Assembly (NCBI GenBank): GCA_905193155.1 | Contig: CAJJNQ010000001.1 | Location: 1,315-65,314 of the forward strand | Length of the DNA stretch: 64,000 nt | Reading direction: 5' to 3' | From: an uncultured Christensenella sp. | GTDB lineage: Bacteria > Bacillota > Clostridia > Christensenellales > UBA1750 | Position numbers and translations under genes: made by a program | The notes under the pieces: model-generated | What the model was told of the DNA's origin: nothing | Databases searched by the model: none | Seen by the model: only the letters and a program-made list of their open reading frames with translations | Part shown: in pieces, positions 9,715-19,800 of the stretch | Layout of the letters: the number at the start of each line of letters is the position of its first letter | Position numbering within the stretch: position 1 is the stretch's first letter

Positions 9715-9749
9715 AAAAAGGAGTGAATCGCTTGATTCACTCCCTTTTT
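9715..9749. terminator. Terminator after GH31 gene
   Basis: AAAAA-GGAGTGAATC-gctt-GATTCACTCC-cTTTTT. Confidence 0.75.
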
Positions 9750-9766
9750 ATATGCCTTATGCGATT

Positions 9767-11767
9767 TTACAGTTTGCCGATCCAGTCGGGATGGCTGCCG
9801 TTTTTCAGGAACACGGGGATCTTGTCCAACGGGCAATCGCAGGCGACGATCTGTCCGCCGTCGTAAGCCTTGCCGGTATGGATGTCCGTCCACTGCGCGC
9901 CTGCGGGCAGATAGACCTCGCGCTGCACCGCGCCCTGTTCGCAGACGGGCGCCACCAGCACGTCGCTGCCGAACAGATATTGATCCTCCAGATCCCAGCA
10001 GCGCACATCCTCCGGAAACTCGTAGAACATCGTGCGCATCACGGGCGCGCCGGATTCGTGCGCTTCCTGCATGACCTGGCGGGTATAGGGGCGCATCAGC
10101 TCACGGAAGTCGATCAGCTTCTTGATGATGCCGTAAGCCGTTTCGCCGAAAGACCAGATCTCGTTGTCCGCGCCGCTGGTCAGCACTTCCTGCCCGTTTT
10201 TGCGGAAGATGTGCTCATCCGGCACGCGGTTGCCGTGCAGGCGCATCACGGGGCAGAAAGTACCCCACTCGAACCAGCGCACGATCAGCTCGCGGAAGGT
10301 TTCGTCCTTGGGATCGCCGCCCGCAAAGCCGCCGATATCGGTCGTCCACCACGGAATGCCCGCAACGCCCATGTTCAGGCCCGCGCGCACCTGGCGGCGC
10401 AGGGTGTCAAAGTCGGAATGAATGTCGCCGGACCAGACCAGCGCACCATATCTTGCGCTGCCCGCCCAGGCGCAGCGAAGGAGGTTAACCACCTTTTCCT
10501 GCCCTTCGGACTTCTGCCCGTCGTAGAAGGTGCGGGCATAAACCTGCGGGTAGATGTTGCCGGTCTGCGCCACCGTGCCGGAGTGATAGCGGTAGTTGTC
10601 AAAGTCGTAAGTGCCGTATTCCGGTTCGGCCTCGTCCAGCCAGAATACGCGCACGCCGTTGTCGTAATAGTTCTTCTTGATCTTGCTCCACAGATATTTG
10701 CGCGCGTCGGGATTGGTCGCATCAAAGAACATGACGTCCTCATCCACAAAACGCATCTGGCAATTCATGCCCTTATCGCAGCGGGCGATGAAGCCTTCCT
10801 CGTCCATCTCTTTGAAGTTTTCGCTCTTGAGGGAGATCTGCGGCCAAATCGAGACCATCAGCTCCATGCCCATCGCCTTCAGCTCTTTGACCAGCGCCTT
10901 GGGATCGGGCCAGAATTCCTCATCAAAACGGAAATCGCCCATGTGCGGCCAGTGGAAGAAGTCCACCACGATCACGTCCACGGGGATGCCGCGCTTGTGG
11001 TATTCGCGCGCGACGGAGAGCAGCTGCTCCTGGTTCCAGTAGCGCAGCTTGCACTGCCAGAAGCCCAGGCCGTATTCCGGCATTTCGGGCGCATGGCCGA
11101 CCGCGTCGGCATACTGGCTCTCGATCTGGCGAGGCGTATCGCCGGCGCAGATCCAGTAGTCCATCTGTCTGGTGACGTCCGCCTGCCACTCCATCAGGTT
11201 CTTGCCGAAGTTCGCCCGGCCGATGGCGGGATTATGCCACAGGAAGCCGTAGCCCTTATTGGACAGCACAAACGGCACGCTGGCCTGCGAGTTGCGGTGT
11301 GCCAGTTCAAAGTTGGAATATTTGACATTCAGGATGTCCTGCTGATACTGCCCCATGCCGTAGAGCTTTTCGCTGTCATCGGACTTAAAGCCCACGGTGA
11401 GCTTGTAATCGCCGCCGACGATGGGCTTGAAGAAGCGGGGCTGAATGTTCAGTGCGCCTGTGCCGGGGCGCTCGGCAAGCAATTCTTCGCCCTTTTGGTT
11501 GTAATAGGTGATTTCCAACCGATCCGGCCAATCCATGCGGCGCACGACCGCCTTGATCTTGCCCACGGCAATCGAGGCTTCTCTTTCGGAAATTTCAATG
11601 TCGGACTCGGTCTTTTCCGGATCGAGCAGCGCCCAGGCGGGCAGCTCGGGTTCGCTCATCGGGCGGGAGACGACACGCAGCGCATTCTTGCCCCACGGCA
11701 GCAGCCACAGGTTTTCGCCAAGGAACCGGCACTTCAGCGCGCCCTGATCTTCACGGAACAATGCCAT
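9767..11767 (-). CDS. Glycoside hydrolase family 31 (alpha-xylosidase/alpha-glucosidase-like)
   Basis: 666 aa. The VDVIVVDFFHW, WLDEAEPE and GIPWWTTDIGGF blocks are typical of GH31 YicI-like enzymes. Confidence 0.8.
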   Translation of the reverse strand: MALFREDQGALKCRFLGENLWLLPWGKNALRVVSRPMSEPELPAWALLDPEKTESDIEISEREASIAVGKIKAVVRRMDWPDRLEITYYNQKGEELLAERPGTGALNIQPRFFKPIVGGDYKLTVGFKSDDSEKLYGMGQYQQDILNVKYSNFELAHRNSQASVPFVLSNKGYGFLWHNPAIGRANFGKNLMEWQADVTRQMDYWICAGDTPRQIESQYADAVGHAPEMPEYGLGFWQCKLRYWNQEQLLSVAREYHKRGIPVDVIVVDFFHWPHMGDFRFDEEFWPDPKALVKELKAMGMELMVSIWPQISLKSENFKEMDEEGFIARCDKGMNCQMRFVDEDVMFFDATNPDARKYLWSKIKKNYYDNGVRVFWLDEAEPEYGTYDFDNYRYHSGTVAQTGNIYPQVYARTFYDGQKSEGQEKVVNLLRCAWAGSARYGALVWSGDIHSDFDTLRRQVRAGLNMGVAGIPWWTTDIGGFAGGDPKDETFRELIVRWFEWGTFCPVMRLHGNRVPDEHIFRKNGQEVLTSGADNEIWSFGETAYGIIKKLIDFRELMRPYTRQVMQEAHESGAPVMRTMFYEFPEDVRCWDLEDQYLFGSDVLVAPVCEQGAVQREVYLPAGAQWTDIHTGKAYDGGQIVACDCPLDKIPVFLKNGSHPDWIGKL

Positions 11768-11848
11768 GCTTCATCCTACTCCTTTTTTCATAAAATACGG
11801 AAAGGGCGCGGACGAACCCTGTTCGTCCGCGCCCAGACGCATCCGTTC

Positions 11849-14800
11849 TTACAACACGAATTCGACCCAAACCGCGTCAAATCCTGCTTCTTTCATCTTC
11901 AATGCCATTTCGGCCGCCTGCGCATCCTTGCCCATGCCTTTGAGCGCCAGCGCCAGCGCCGTCATGCCGCGGGATTTCAGAATCGCCTCGTGCGTTGCAG
12001 CAAAGGGTGCCGGCGTCGGGAAGCCGTCGAAAAAGGCAAGCTGCGTGCGGGCGCACTGTTCGCGTCCATGCGCTTCCATGGCGCGGAGCAGCTTTGCCGC
12101 CTCTTCATCGCGTCCCAGCGCACGCAGTGCCTGTGCACGGTAGAAATCGGACTCGGCAAAGTCGCCGCTCTGCACAGCCGCTTCGCGCAGCCATTCCATG
12201 CGCGCCTTTTCGTCGCCCAGCGCACGATAGGCCTCGGCGATGTACCAGCAGATATGCGCCTGACGCGGCCCGAACCTGCGGCCCTCATGGTAGTTCTCGG
12301 GATATTCCATCGCGCGCTTGAACAGCTCCAGCGCCTGAACGCCGTCGCCCTTTTCCAACGCGCGCCGTCCCAAGGTCAGGTAAGTATAGGCGTGTTCACG
12401 CGGCAGCACACCCTCACCGCCTTCGTAGGTGTAGAAGCGATGGCTGCCGAGCAGCGCCTGCGCGTCCTCCAGCCTGCCCGCTTCGTTGAGCAGTGAGATG
12501 TACAGCAGCGTCATGTCTTCACGGGTTTCAATCAATTCACGGTGCTTTTCGAGCAGCATCAGGCAGTCCTGTGCGCTGCGGCCCATCGCGCGATACAGGC
12601 AGCACAGCTCATAGAGCATTCTCGGCGTGCCGGTCAGCGCAAAGGCAGTTTCCATCTGCTTCAGCGCCCCCGCGTTGTCTCCGAATTTTTCGGAAAGCGC
12701 CAGCGCCGCGCAGCGGTGCGCCGCCCCGAAATCAGGCTTTCTGCGGATGCTTTCGAGCCACTTTTCCAGCGCCTTTTCGCCGTTATAGCGCGCGTAGTGC
12801 ATGCAGCCCAGCAGATAGGGCGCAGCCGCGTTGGCTTCGTCCGCCGCTTCGAGCTTTTCCAGAACGGTAAAGTCCATCTCCCGGTTGGGGAACACCTCGT
12901 CAAAGGGCGCTTTGCGCGCTTCCTCCAACCACTTTTCGTCCTCCGTGGCGGCATAGGCATACGCGCAGCGCATCACGGTCCTCTGCCCGCAGAGTTCCAG
13001 TGCGCGCAGCGCCAGGTCCTTCATACCGGCGCGCAGGAAAAGCTCCGCCGCGTCGATGCCGGTGACGACCTTGACAAAAGGCGCGGTGCGTCCGGTCAGC
13101 ACAGCGGCGTAGGGATCGAGCGGGTCAAATTCCAGCGAACGGCGGCAGATTTCTTCCGCTTCTTCGAGCTTTCCTGCCTTTTGCAGCAGCGCAGCTTTCA
13201 GCGCTCTTGTCTTGAGCGAACGGGCGTTGACGGCCAGCGCTTCGTCCAGGTCGGCCATCGCCGCGCCGTATTCGCCCGCCGCGCACTCGATCTCGGCGCA
13301 GACTTCCAGTGCGGCAGCCTTCCACTGGATGTTCCAGGCGGCGCGCTTGAGCATCCGCAGCGCCTTCTCATTGCGTCCCAGCTGGCGCAGCACGATGCCC
13401 AGCTGATACAATCCTTCACCGTCATACGGGTTGGGATTGTGCATCGTCAGGCGGTCCACCGCACGTTCGAGATAGGAAATCGCCTCGTCATAGCGGCCCC
13501 TGCGGTAAAGCACCACGCCGTAGGCCACGTTGCAGCGGATATCGTCCGGATCGCGGCGCAGCGCTTCGAGATAATAGGGATCGGGGTCCATGGTGGGATG
13601 TTTGTACTGCTCCAGATGCAGCCCCGTCAGCCACAGCTCTTCATTGGTTTCGATCTGCGCAGGCGTTTTCATGTCCGGACGCGCATCGGGAACCTTCTTG
13701 CCATCGAAGAACATCGGCTTTTTATACCATTCAATCAACAGCTTTCCGTTTTCGTCCAACACCTCGGCGTGCAGATCGTCCGCCTTGTGCTTCACCGCCA
13801 CGGCATAGCACTGCTCCGGGCGGACATTCTCAAATTTCTGCTCGGCCACGACCATTTCACCATAGGTGACGCGGAGGATCGCGCTGCTGTGCGGCGCGGT
13901 GACGTTGAAGGCCACACGCTCATCGGTGACGGAGACCGCCGCTTCCTGATTGGCGTTCTTGAGCTGCTCCAGCCCGCAGAGCGAATACCAGCGCTGCTCA
14001 AAGGTCTTGGTTTCATACGGCAGCAGGAACGCAAAGTCCGGCTGGTTGTCGGAATAGCAGGAGGTCATAATTTCGAGGTACTCGCCGTCCTCGTCTGTCA
14101 GGTTCTTCTGCCACACGCCGCCGTGCTCCGCACGGCCCCAGGTGAAGAACTTCTTGCCGGGGGAGACATATTTATCCGCGACATGGACGGTGCCCATGCT
14201 CTTTCCATCGTCATAGCCCGCCATAAAGTCATAATCCGAATCAAAGATGAAGAAAGACGAACCCATCCGCAGGTTCTTGAACCAGCGGATATCCACGCCG
14301 TCGCCGAAGTCCGCGCCGCCGAACATTCCCTTGACCACGGGGAAGGGCGAAACGGTGGTCTTGTTGTGGAAGGTGATGTAATCGATATCCGGCGGGAACA
14401 TCAGCCGATAATTATCGTTGGCATGCACCGCGAGGTTTGCCCACCAATGGAAGGTCTGGGTCTGCGCGGTGGTGTTGTAGAGCTTAACGCGCGCGGCGAT
14501 ATAGGCTCTGTCCGGCCAAATGGTCACGCCCACGGTGCCCTTAATACCGTACATACTCTCGATCTCGCCCACCCAGGCGGTCTTCTCTCCGTTAGGGCCC
14601 TCCTCGATCGTGCATTCGACGGGCATGAAGGTGGTGGGGCGGTGGTGCTGCGGATAGTTAAATTCGATGCCGCCGGACACCCACACGCCGCACAGGCCGA
14701 TCAGCGCGGGCTTGATGACGTTGTTCTTATAGACGAAGTTGTAATCATTGACCTTGTCGTACCCCTCGTAGATGCGGCCGCCTAATTCGGGCAGCACCGT

Positions 14801-15007
14801 TACGCGGATGAAGTCGTTTTCCAGCCGGATCGCGTCGTAAGCCTTGTCCTCCTTGACCATGGTCAGCTTGTCGCTCATCCGATAGGGATAGATGTATCCG
14901 CGCGTACCCTGATTGATGCGCAGATCCGAAAACAGCGGCAGTTCCTCCGCCGCGCCCTGTCCGTAGGTGGGAATGATGAGTTTTTCGCGCCGAATGGTAG
15001 CTTCCAT
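11849..15007 (-). CDS. DUF5107 domain protein with C-terminal TPR repeats
   Basis: 1052 aa. The N-terminal region resembles DUF5107 proteins (IIPTY..G.....PLF ... YPY). The C-terminal half has recurrent A/L/Y-rich TPR-like repeats. SD AGGAGG. Confidence 0.65.
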   Translation of the reverse strand: MEATIRREKLIIPTYGQGAAEELPLFSDLRINQGTRGYIYPYRMSDKLTMVKEDKAYDAIRLENDFIRVTVLPELGGRIYEGYDKVNDYNFVYKNNVIKPALIGLCGVWVSGGIEFNYPQHHRPTTFMPVECTIEEGPNGEKTAWVGEIESMYGIKGTVGVTIWPDRAYIAARVKLYNTTAQTQTFHWWANLAVHANDNYRLMFPPDIDYITFHNKTTVSPFPVVKGMFGGADFGDGVDIRWFKNLRMGSSFFIFDSDYDFMAGYDDGKSMGTVHVADKYVSPGKKFFTWGRAEHGGVWQKNLTDEDGEYLEIMTSCYSDNQPDFAFLLPYETKTFEQRWYSLCGLEQLKNANQEAAVSVTDERVAFNVTAPHSSAILRVTYGEMVVAEQKFENVRPEQCYAVAVKHKADDLHAEVLDENGKLLIEWYKKPMFFDGKKVPDARPDMKTPAQIETNEELWLTGLHLEQYKHPTMDPDPYYLEALRRDPDDIRCNVAYGVVLYRRGRYDEAISYLERAVDRLTMHNPNPYDGEGLYQLGIVLRQLGRNEKALRMLKRAAWNIQWKAAALEVCAEIECAAGEYGAAMADLDEALAVNARSLKTRALKAALLQKAGKLEEAEEICRRSLEFDPLDPYAAVLTGRTAPFVKVVTGIDAAELFLRAGMKDLALRALELCGQRTVMRCAYAYAATEDEKWLEEARKAPFDEVFPNREMDFTVLEKLEAADEANAAAPYLLGCMHYARYNGEKALEKWLESIRRKPDFGAAHRCAALALSEKFGDNAGALKQMETAFALTGTPRMLYELCCLYRAMGRSAQDCLMLLEKHRELIETREDMTLLYISLLNEAGRLEDAQALLGSHRFYTYEGGEGVLPREHAYTYLTLGRRALEKGDGVQALELFKRAMEYPENYHEGRRFGPRQAHICWYIAEAYRALGDEKARMEWLREAAVQSGDFAESDFYRAQALRALGRDEEAAKLLRAMEAHGREQCARTQLAFFDGFPTPAPFAATHEAILKSRGMTALALALKGMGKDAQAAEMALKMKEAGFDAVWVEFVL

Positions 15008-15147
15008 GTAAACGCCTCCTGTCTGTGAAGTGGTGGTTTTTTATGTACTTCATTTTTTAGGATACCGATGCCCCTGCTTCAAGTCAATATACGGAATCAC
15101 GATTTTATCTATAAAATGTGCAGGATTGTCCTGCCTTTTTTCATCTT

Positions 15148-15165
15148 GTGAAACAGATTTTTCCA
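15148..15165. promoter_or_regulatory. Candidate AraC-type site B (core AAACAGATTTTTC)
   Basis: Same 13-nt core as 8171..8183. Lies about 60 nt upstream of a TTGACT-17-TATCCT promoter-like element for the DUF5107 gene. Confidence 0.3.
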
Positions 15166-15219
15166 ACGCAAAAAGCGCCCTGGACGTCGGTTGCGTTCAG
15201 AGCGCTCTTTCAAAACAGC

Positions 15220-15732
15220 TTACAGATAAGAAACGGTTTCACTTAGCGGCTTTCTGGCGAAATGATTGGGCAGAGGCCCTGCGCCCTCCGCCGCATAGCC
15301 GAGATCCAATATCATCAGAATCTCCTCGTTTTCGGGAAGGTTTAGTTCCCTCGCCAGCCGGTCCGGGTCAAAGAAGTTGATCCAGCAGCTGTCCACGCCC
15401 GCATTGGCGGCGGCCAGCAGCAGGTGCGTTGCCACGATGCTCGCATCCTCCGCGCCGGAATCCCGCTTCTCTCCCGGATAGGTAAACACGTTGCCGCGGT
15501 CATACCTCACAACCAGGCAGGTCGGCGCGCCGTACCGGCAGGGCGTGACGCTGTCGATTTTCGCCAAGCCCTCTTCGGACTGCACCACATAGATGTGCTG
15601 CTCCTGAAGGTTTTTCGCCGTCGGGGCGAGACGCCCTGCTTGCAGAATCTCCTCCAGCTTCGCGCCGTCCAGCTTGCGCGCGCTGAATTTCTTGCAGGAA
15701 TAGCGGTTTTTGACGACTTCCGAAAACTCCAT
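15220..15732 (-). CDS. Nitroreductase family protein
   Basis: MEFSEVVKNRYSCKKF ... APTAKNLQ signature. 170 aa. SD AAGGAGGG. Confidence 0.8.
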   Translation of the reverse strand: MEFSEVVKNRYSCKKFSARKLDGAKLEEILQAGRLAPTAKNLQEQHIYVVQSEEGLAKIDSVTPCRYGAPTCLVVRYDRGNVFTYPGEKRDSGAEDASIVATHLLLAAANAGVDSCWINFFDPDRLARELNLPENEEILMILDLGYAAEGAGPLPNHFARKPLSETVSYL

Positions 15733-15776
15733 TGCTCATGCCCTCCTTAAAAAGCCTCATGCTCCTTATTTCCGCC

Positions 15777-16643
15777 TTACAGCATCTGGCGGAAGCCCTT
15801 GCCGATGATCTGACTGGTGTTGGTGATGACGATGAACGCATGCGGGTCGATGTTGCGGATGTAGCCCCGCAGTCGAACGGCCTGCGCGCGGTTGAGTACG
15901 GTCAGAATAAGCTTGCGTCCCTCGTGAGTATACGCGCCCTCGCCCGTGACGAGCGTTGCGGAGCGGTTGAGTTCCTTTTTGATATACGCGATCACCTCGT
16001 CCGGATTGTGCGTGACAATGGTGAAATACTTGCTCATGTTGATGCTCTCGATCACGCTGTCCACCACCAGCGCCTTGGCCAGCAGCCCCAGCAGAGAGAA
16101 CAAACCGGTTTCAATGCCAAAGACCACGCCCGCCAGCGTTGCAATGATAAAATCGGTGCAGAACAGCGCTTTGCCGATATCCAGGCTGGTGAATTTTTTG
16201 AAGATCATCGCCACGATATCCGTACCGCCCGTGCTGCCCTGACTGTTGAACAGAATTGCACTGCCTACTGCGGGGAACAGCACCGAAAACACCAGCTCCA
16301 GCATGGGCTGGGTGGTCAGCGGATGCTCCATCGGCAGCACGCGCTCCAGAATATAGATCGACAGGGACATCAGCATCGAACAGTAGACCGTGCGAATGCC
16401 GAACGACCGGCCGAACACGCAGAAGCCCACGATCAGGAGCGTGACGTTGATGATGAGCACCAGCGTGCCGGTGGACATCCCCGGAATCAGCGCGCCCAGG
16501 ATCACCGAGATACCCGATACGCCGCCGGTAGAGAAATTATTGGGGAACTTGAAGAAGTAAACGCCGATGGTCACCATCAGCGTTCCCAGCGTCAGCCAGA
16601 GAAAATCCTTGATCTTATCCTTCATACTCGATTTCGACTCCAT
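15777..16643 (-). CDS. YitT family membrane protein (DUF2179 C-terminal domain)
   Basis: Five to six TM segments with FSTGGVSG and GSTGGTD motifs. The soluble C-terminal domain is typical of YitT. Confidence 0.75.
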   Translation of the reverse strand: MESKSSMKDKIKDFLWLTLGTLMVTIGVYFFKFPNNFSTGGVSGISVILGALIPGMSTGTLVLIINVTLLIVGFCVFGRSFGIRTVYCSMLMSLSIYILERVLPMEHPLTTQPMLELVFSVLFPAVGSAILFNSQGSTGGTDIVAMIFKKFTSLDIGKALFCTDFIIATLAGVVFGIETGLFSLLGLLAKALVVDSVIESINMSKYFTIVTHNPDEVIAYIKKELNRSATLVTGEGAYTHEGRKLILTVLNRAQAVRLRGYIRNIDPHAFIVITNTSQIIGKGFRQML

Positions 16644-16894
16644 GCGCTTTCATCTGCCTTTTTTGCAGTCTTTTCCGTCAACCGTCCCCCATTATAACAC
16701 ACATCCTGCAAAGCAGATGTAAAAAGCATAAGAAAATTCTCTTTTTCGAGCATATCCGGCCGCAACCTTCCATCCCGGGGGCGCGTCGAGCCGGACTGAG
16801 GGATCGCCTCTTCCTGCGCAGGTTTTTCCATTGCGCGGCAAAACGTGCAGCTTCCACTCGCGCCGCAACACCTTTGCCGCGCCCCCGCCCCATC

Positions 16895-19800
16895 TCATTC
16901 GCGGTACAGCACATAATCCAGCATCACCCGCACAAAGCCCGCCTTTTCCATCGCGGACACAGCGCAGGCGGGATAGGTTTTGATCCGCAGGTTCTCGCGT
17001 TCCGGGAAAACGCGTCTCGAGGTAAAATCCCGCGCCAGTGCACCCAGTGCGGATTCTGCTGCCTCAGGCTCAAACAGGCGCAGCTGTTCGCCGCTCTTTT
17101 CCAGCACTGCCGCGGCACATCCGCCGCACAGGCAGACCGCCGTGCCCGGCACACGCAGGAACTCCCGTCCCGGCGCGTGCGGCAGAAGCCGTCCCCAGCT
17201 CTGCGCCGGATCGGGCGCAGGCAGCCAAACCGCCTTTTCCGACGGGGACGCCAGCACCGCGCAAATTCGCTCGTACTCCTCCGCACGCACAAACTGCATG
17301 CCGGAAAGTCCCTGCACGAAATACCCTCTGCGCACCCGACCCGTGTATTCCCAAACGCGCAGCTTTTCCACCGCCTGCGGCCAGGCAACACCGGTAATCG
17401 TCTCCCGGCAGAGGATGGGGCAGGCGTCAAAGGCACGGTTCAACGCTTCTTCCTCCGTCAGCGGGCGTTCCGGACGCGCCAGCTCCCAACGCCCCGCGGA
17501 AAGCGCACGGGCGCGCGCCGCAGCCAGCCTGCGTCCGTCGGTCTTGCCGGGCAACAGCACCTCTTCCTCCACGCGCAGCGGCGTCAGGCTGTCGGACCGA
17601 ACCAAACCCTTGTGCGCCAGGTACAGCAGCGGCTCCAACGCGCTCCTTCCCTTCATCTGTGCCGACAGCGCCGAGGCAAAGCACGCACCGCGCTTTTTCA
17701 GTGTTTCGAGCACAATTCGCTCGTCTTCCTCCCGAATTTCTTCTTTGGGAAGTTCCGCATCCCAATCCACGTTTTCCGTGCGGAAAAAGCGCAGCGCCTG
17801 TCCCTCCATCGCCCAGCAATACTCGCCTTCCGCCAGCAGCTCGTCCAGCATCTTGGGCGTAAGGCCGGAAACCCGCGCGGGCAGCAGCTCGCTTTCCCAT
17901 GTTTTTCTCAAAAACGCTTGCCCCAGCAGCTCGTCCAGCGCAGCGCGAAGCTGTTCCGCCGGTGTGCCGGAATGCCGCGTTCTCTCCGCCATCAGCGCGG
18001 CAAAGCGCTCCGACGGCACGGTGCGAACGCTGCTGCGGCGTGCCTTAAGCGTATCCTGCTGCGCCCTTGTATAGATCTGTTCGTGATAATAGATACCGCC
18101 CCGGCAAACGGCTCTGCCTTCTTTTTGCAGCGCATCCAGCGCCGCAGCAAGACGATTCTCTCCCGCCAAATAGCGCTGATCCAGACTCTCCGCGTTCTGT
18201 CCGCCCCGATAGCGCAGGCATCGGCGCACGATGCGGCGCAGCGCTTCTTCATTGCCGGTTTCCAGGGCATCGGCATAAAGCGCCGCCTCTTCCTCCGCAA
18301 TCCAAAGCCCCGGTTCAATGTACCTCGCGCGCCCCTGTTCGGCCAAGCGGGTCAGCCATTCCACCGGCACATCCATCTCGCCCGCAGCCAAATCGCCCTC
18401 CGCCATCAGCGCCTGATGCAGCTCCTCCGGGCTGCCGGGCAGGTGCTTTCTGCGGAACTGTTCTTCAATCGCCTGCGCTTCGGGCACAATGCCCTCCTGC
18501 TTTTCCAGCTCCCTTTCCACCGCGCGCACCGCCCGCGAGGGGATGTTGTCGTATTCATAAGTCAGCGAAGCTTCCGCCGCGCGGCGCATGGGCAGTGCCA
18601 TGGGCGACGGCGCGTCCAGGTGCAGCTCCCTGACCTCGATGCTGCCGTCTCGAATCCCGTGCAGCACCTTTTGCAGCGCATCCAAATCAAGATAGTCCTC
18701 CGTGCAGCTGCGCATCGCCTCCCTCATCAACGGATGCGTCTTTTCCTCCGCCAACGCCGAAAACTGTTCTGCGCCGCGAATGCGCTGTACCCACAGCGGC
18801 TGGCGGCCGCGCCCGCGCGAGCCCAGCATCAACGCGCAGGAAGCCGCATAGCGGAAGGTCATCGAAAACAGCGGCGCAGCGGGCAGCAGGGCGCGCACCT
18901 TCTCCACGGATTTTTCGGGGTCAAGTCCTTCCAGCAATCCATCCGGCAGCTGCGCACTGCCTACCAGATAGAGCAAAAAACCGTTGTCGTCGTCAAAAAC
19001 GTGAATGTCCTGCCCTGTGCGCCGCATTGCTTCATAGCGGCAGAGCAGCGCCAGCGCGCTGTTGACCTGCCCGCCGAATACGGAATGCACCATCAGCTGA
19101 TGGTCGCCCGCATCATCCACAAAGTGTTCACAGAGGATGCGCCGGTGCGTAGGCAGCACGCCGGTCGCCTTGAGCTGACTGCGCAGGTGCCGCGCAGCAT
19201 TGGCCGCCGCATCCCGATCCATGTGCAGCTTTTCCAGCGCCGGGATCAGCGCGCCCTGTTTGGCGCTGCGCTCCAGTTCTTCCAGCTCTTTTCCAATATA
19301 AATACCGGTTTCATAGGCGCGGCCCTGTCCTTCGCCCCGCCAAAACGGCGGCTGCGCGCCCTCGCCTGTGGTTGGGGCAACCACCACGCGGTCGCGCCGG
19401 ATCTCCTGAATGCGCCAGGCGAACGCGCCCAGCAGGAATTTATCTCCAACGTGCGCCTCGAATACGAATTCTTCGTCCAGTTCGCCCAGATGCGTACCGT
19501 CGGCCAGCACCACGGCATACCAGCCCCGGTCGGGAATCGTGCCGCCCGCGCTCACTGCCAGCATCCGCGTGTACGCATCCCCGGAGACGCACCCGTGGAT
19601 GCGGTCATAGAGCACTCTGGCGCGCACCGGCCGATCCTGCTCATGTTCCCAATCGCCCGCCAGCATCCGCAAACACGCGCAAATATCCTCCCTGGTGATG
19701 TTTCGGAAGCTCCAACAGCCGTGCACGACCCGCAGCGCATCCTCCACCGTGTATTCACCGTCCGCCGCCATGGAAGTCAGGTGCTGCGCCAGCACGTCCA

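Noticed and set aside
9752-12496. 914-aa plus-strand ORF
   Set aside because: Antisense to the GH31 and DUF5107 genes. Its Arg/Ala/His/Gln-rich composition has no motifs. Stop-poor antisense frames are expected at this GC content.
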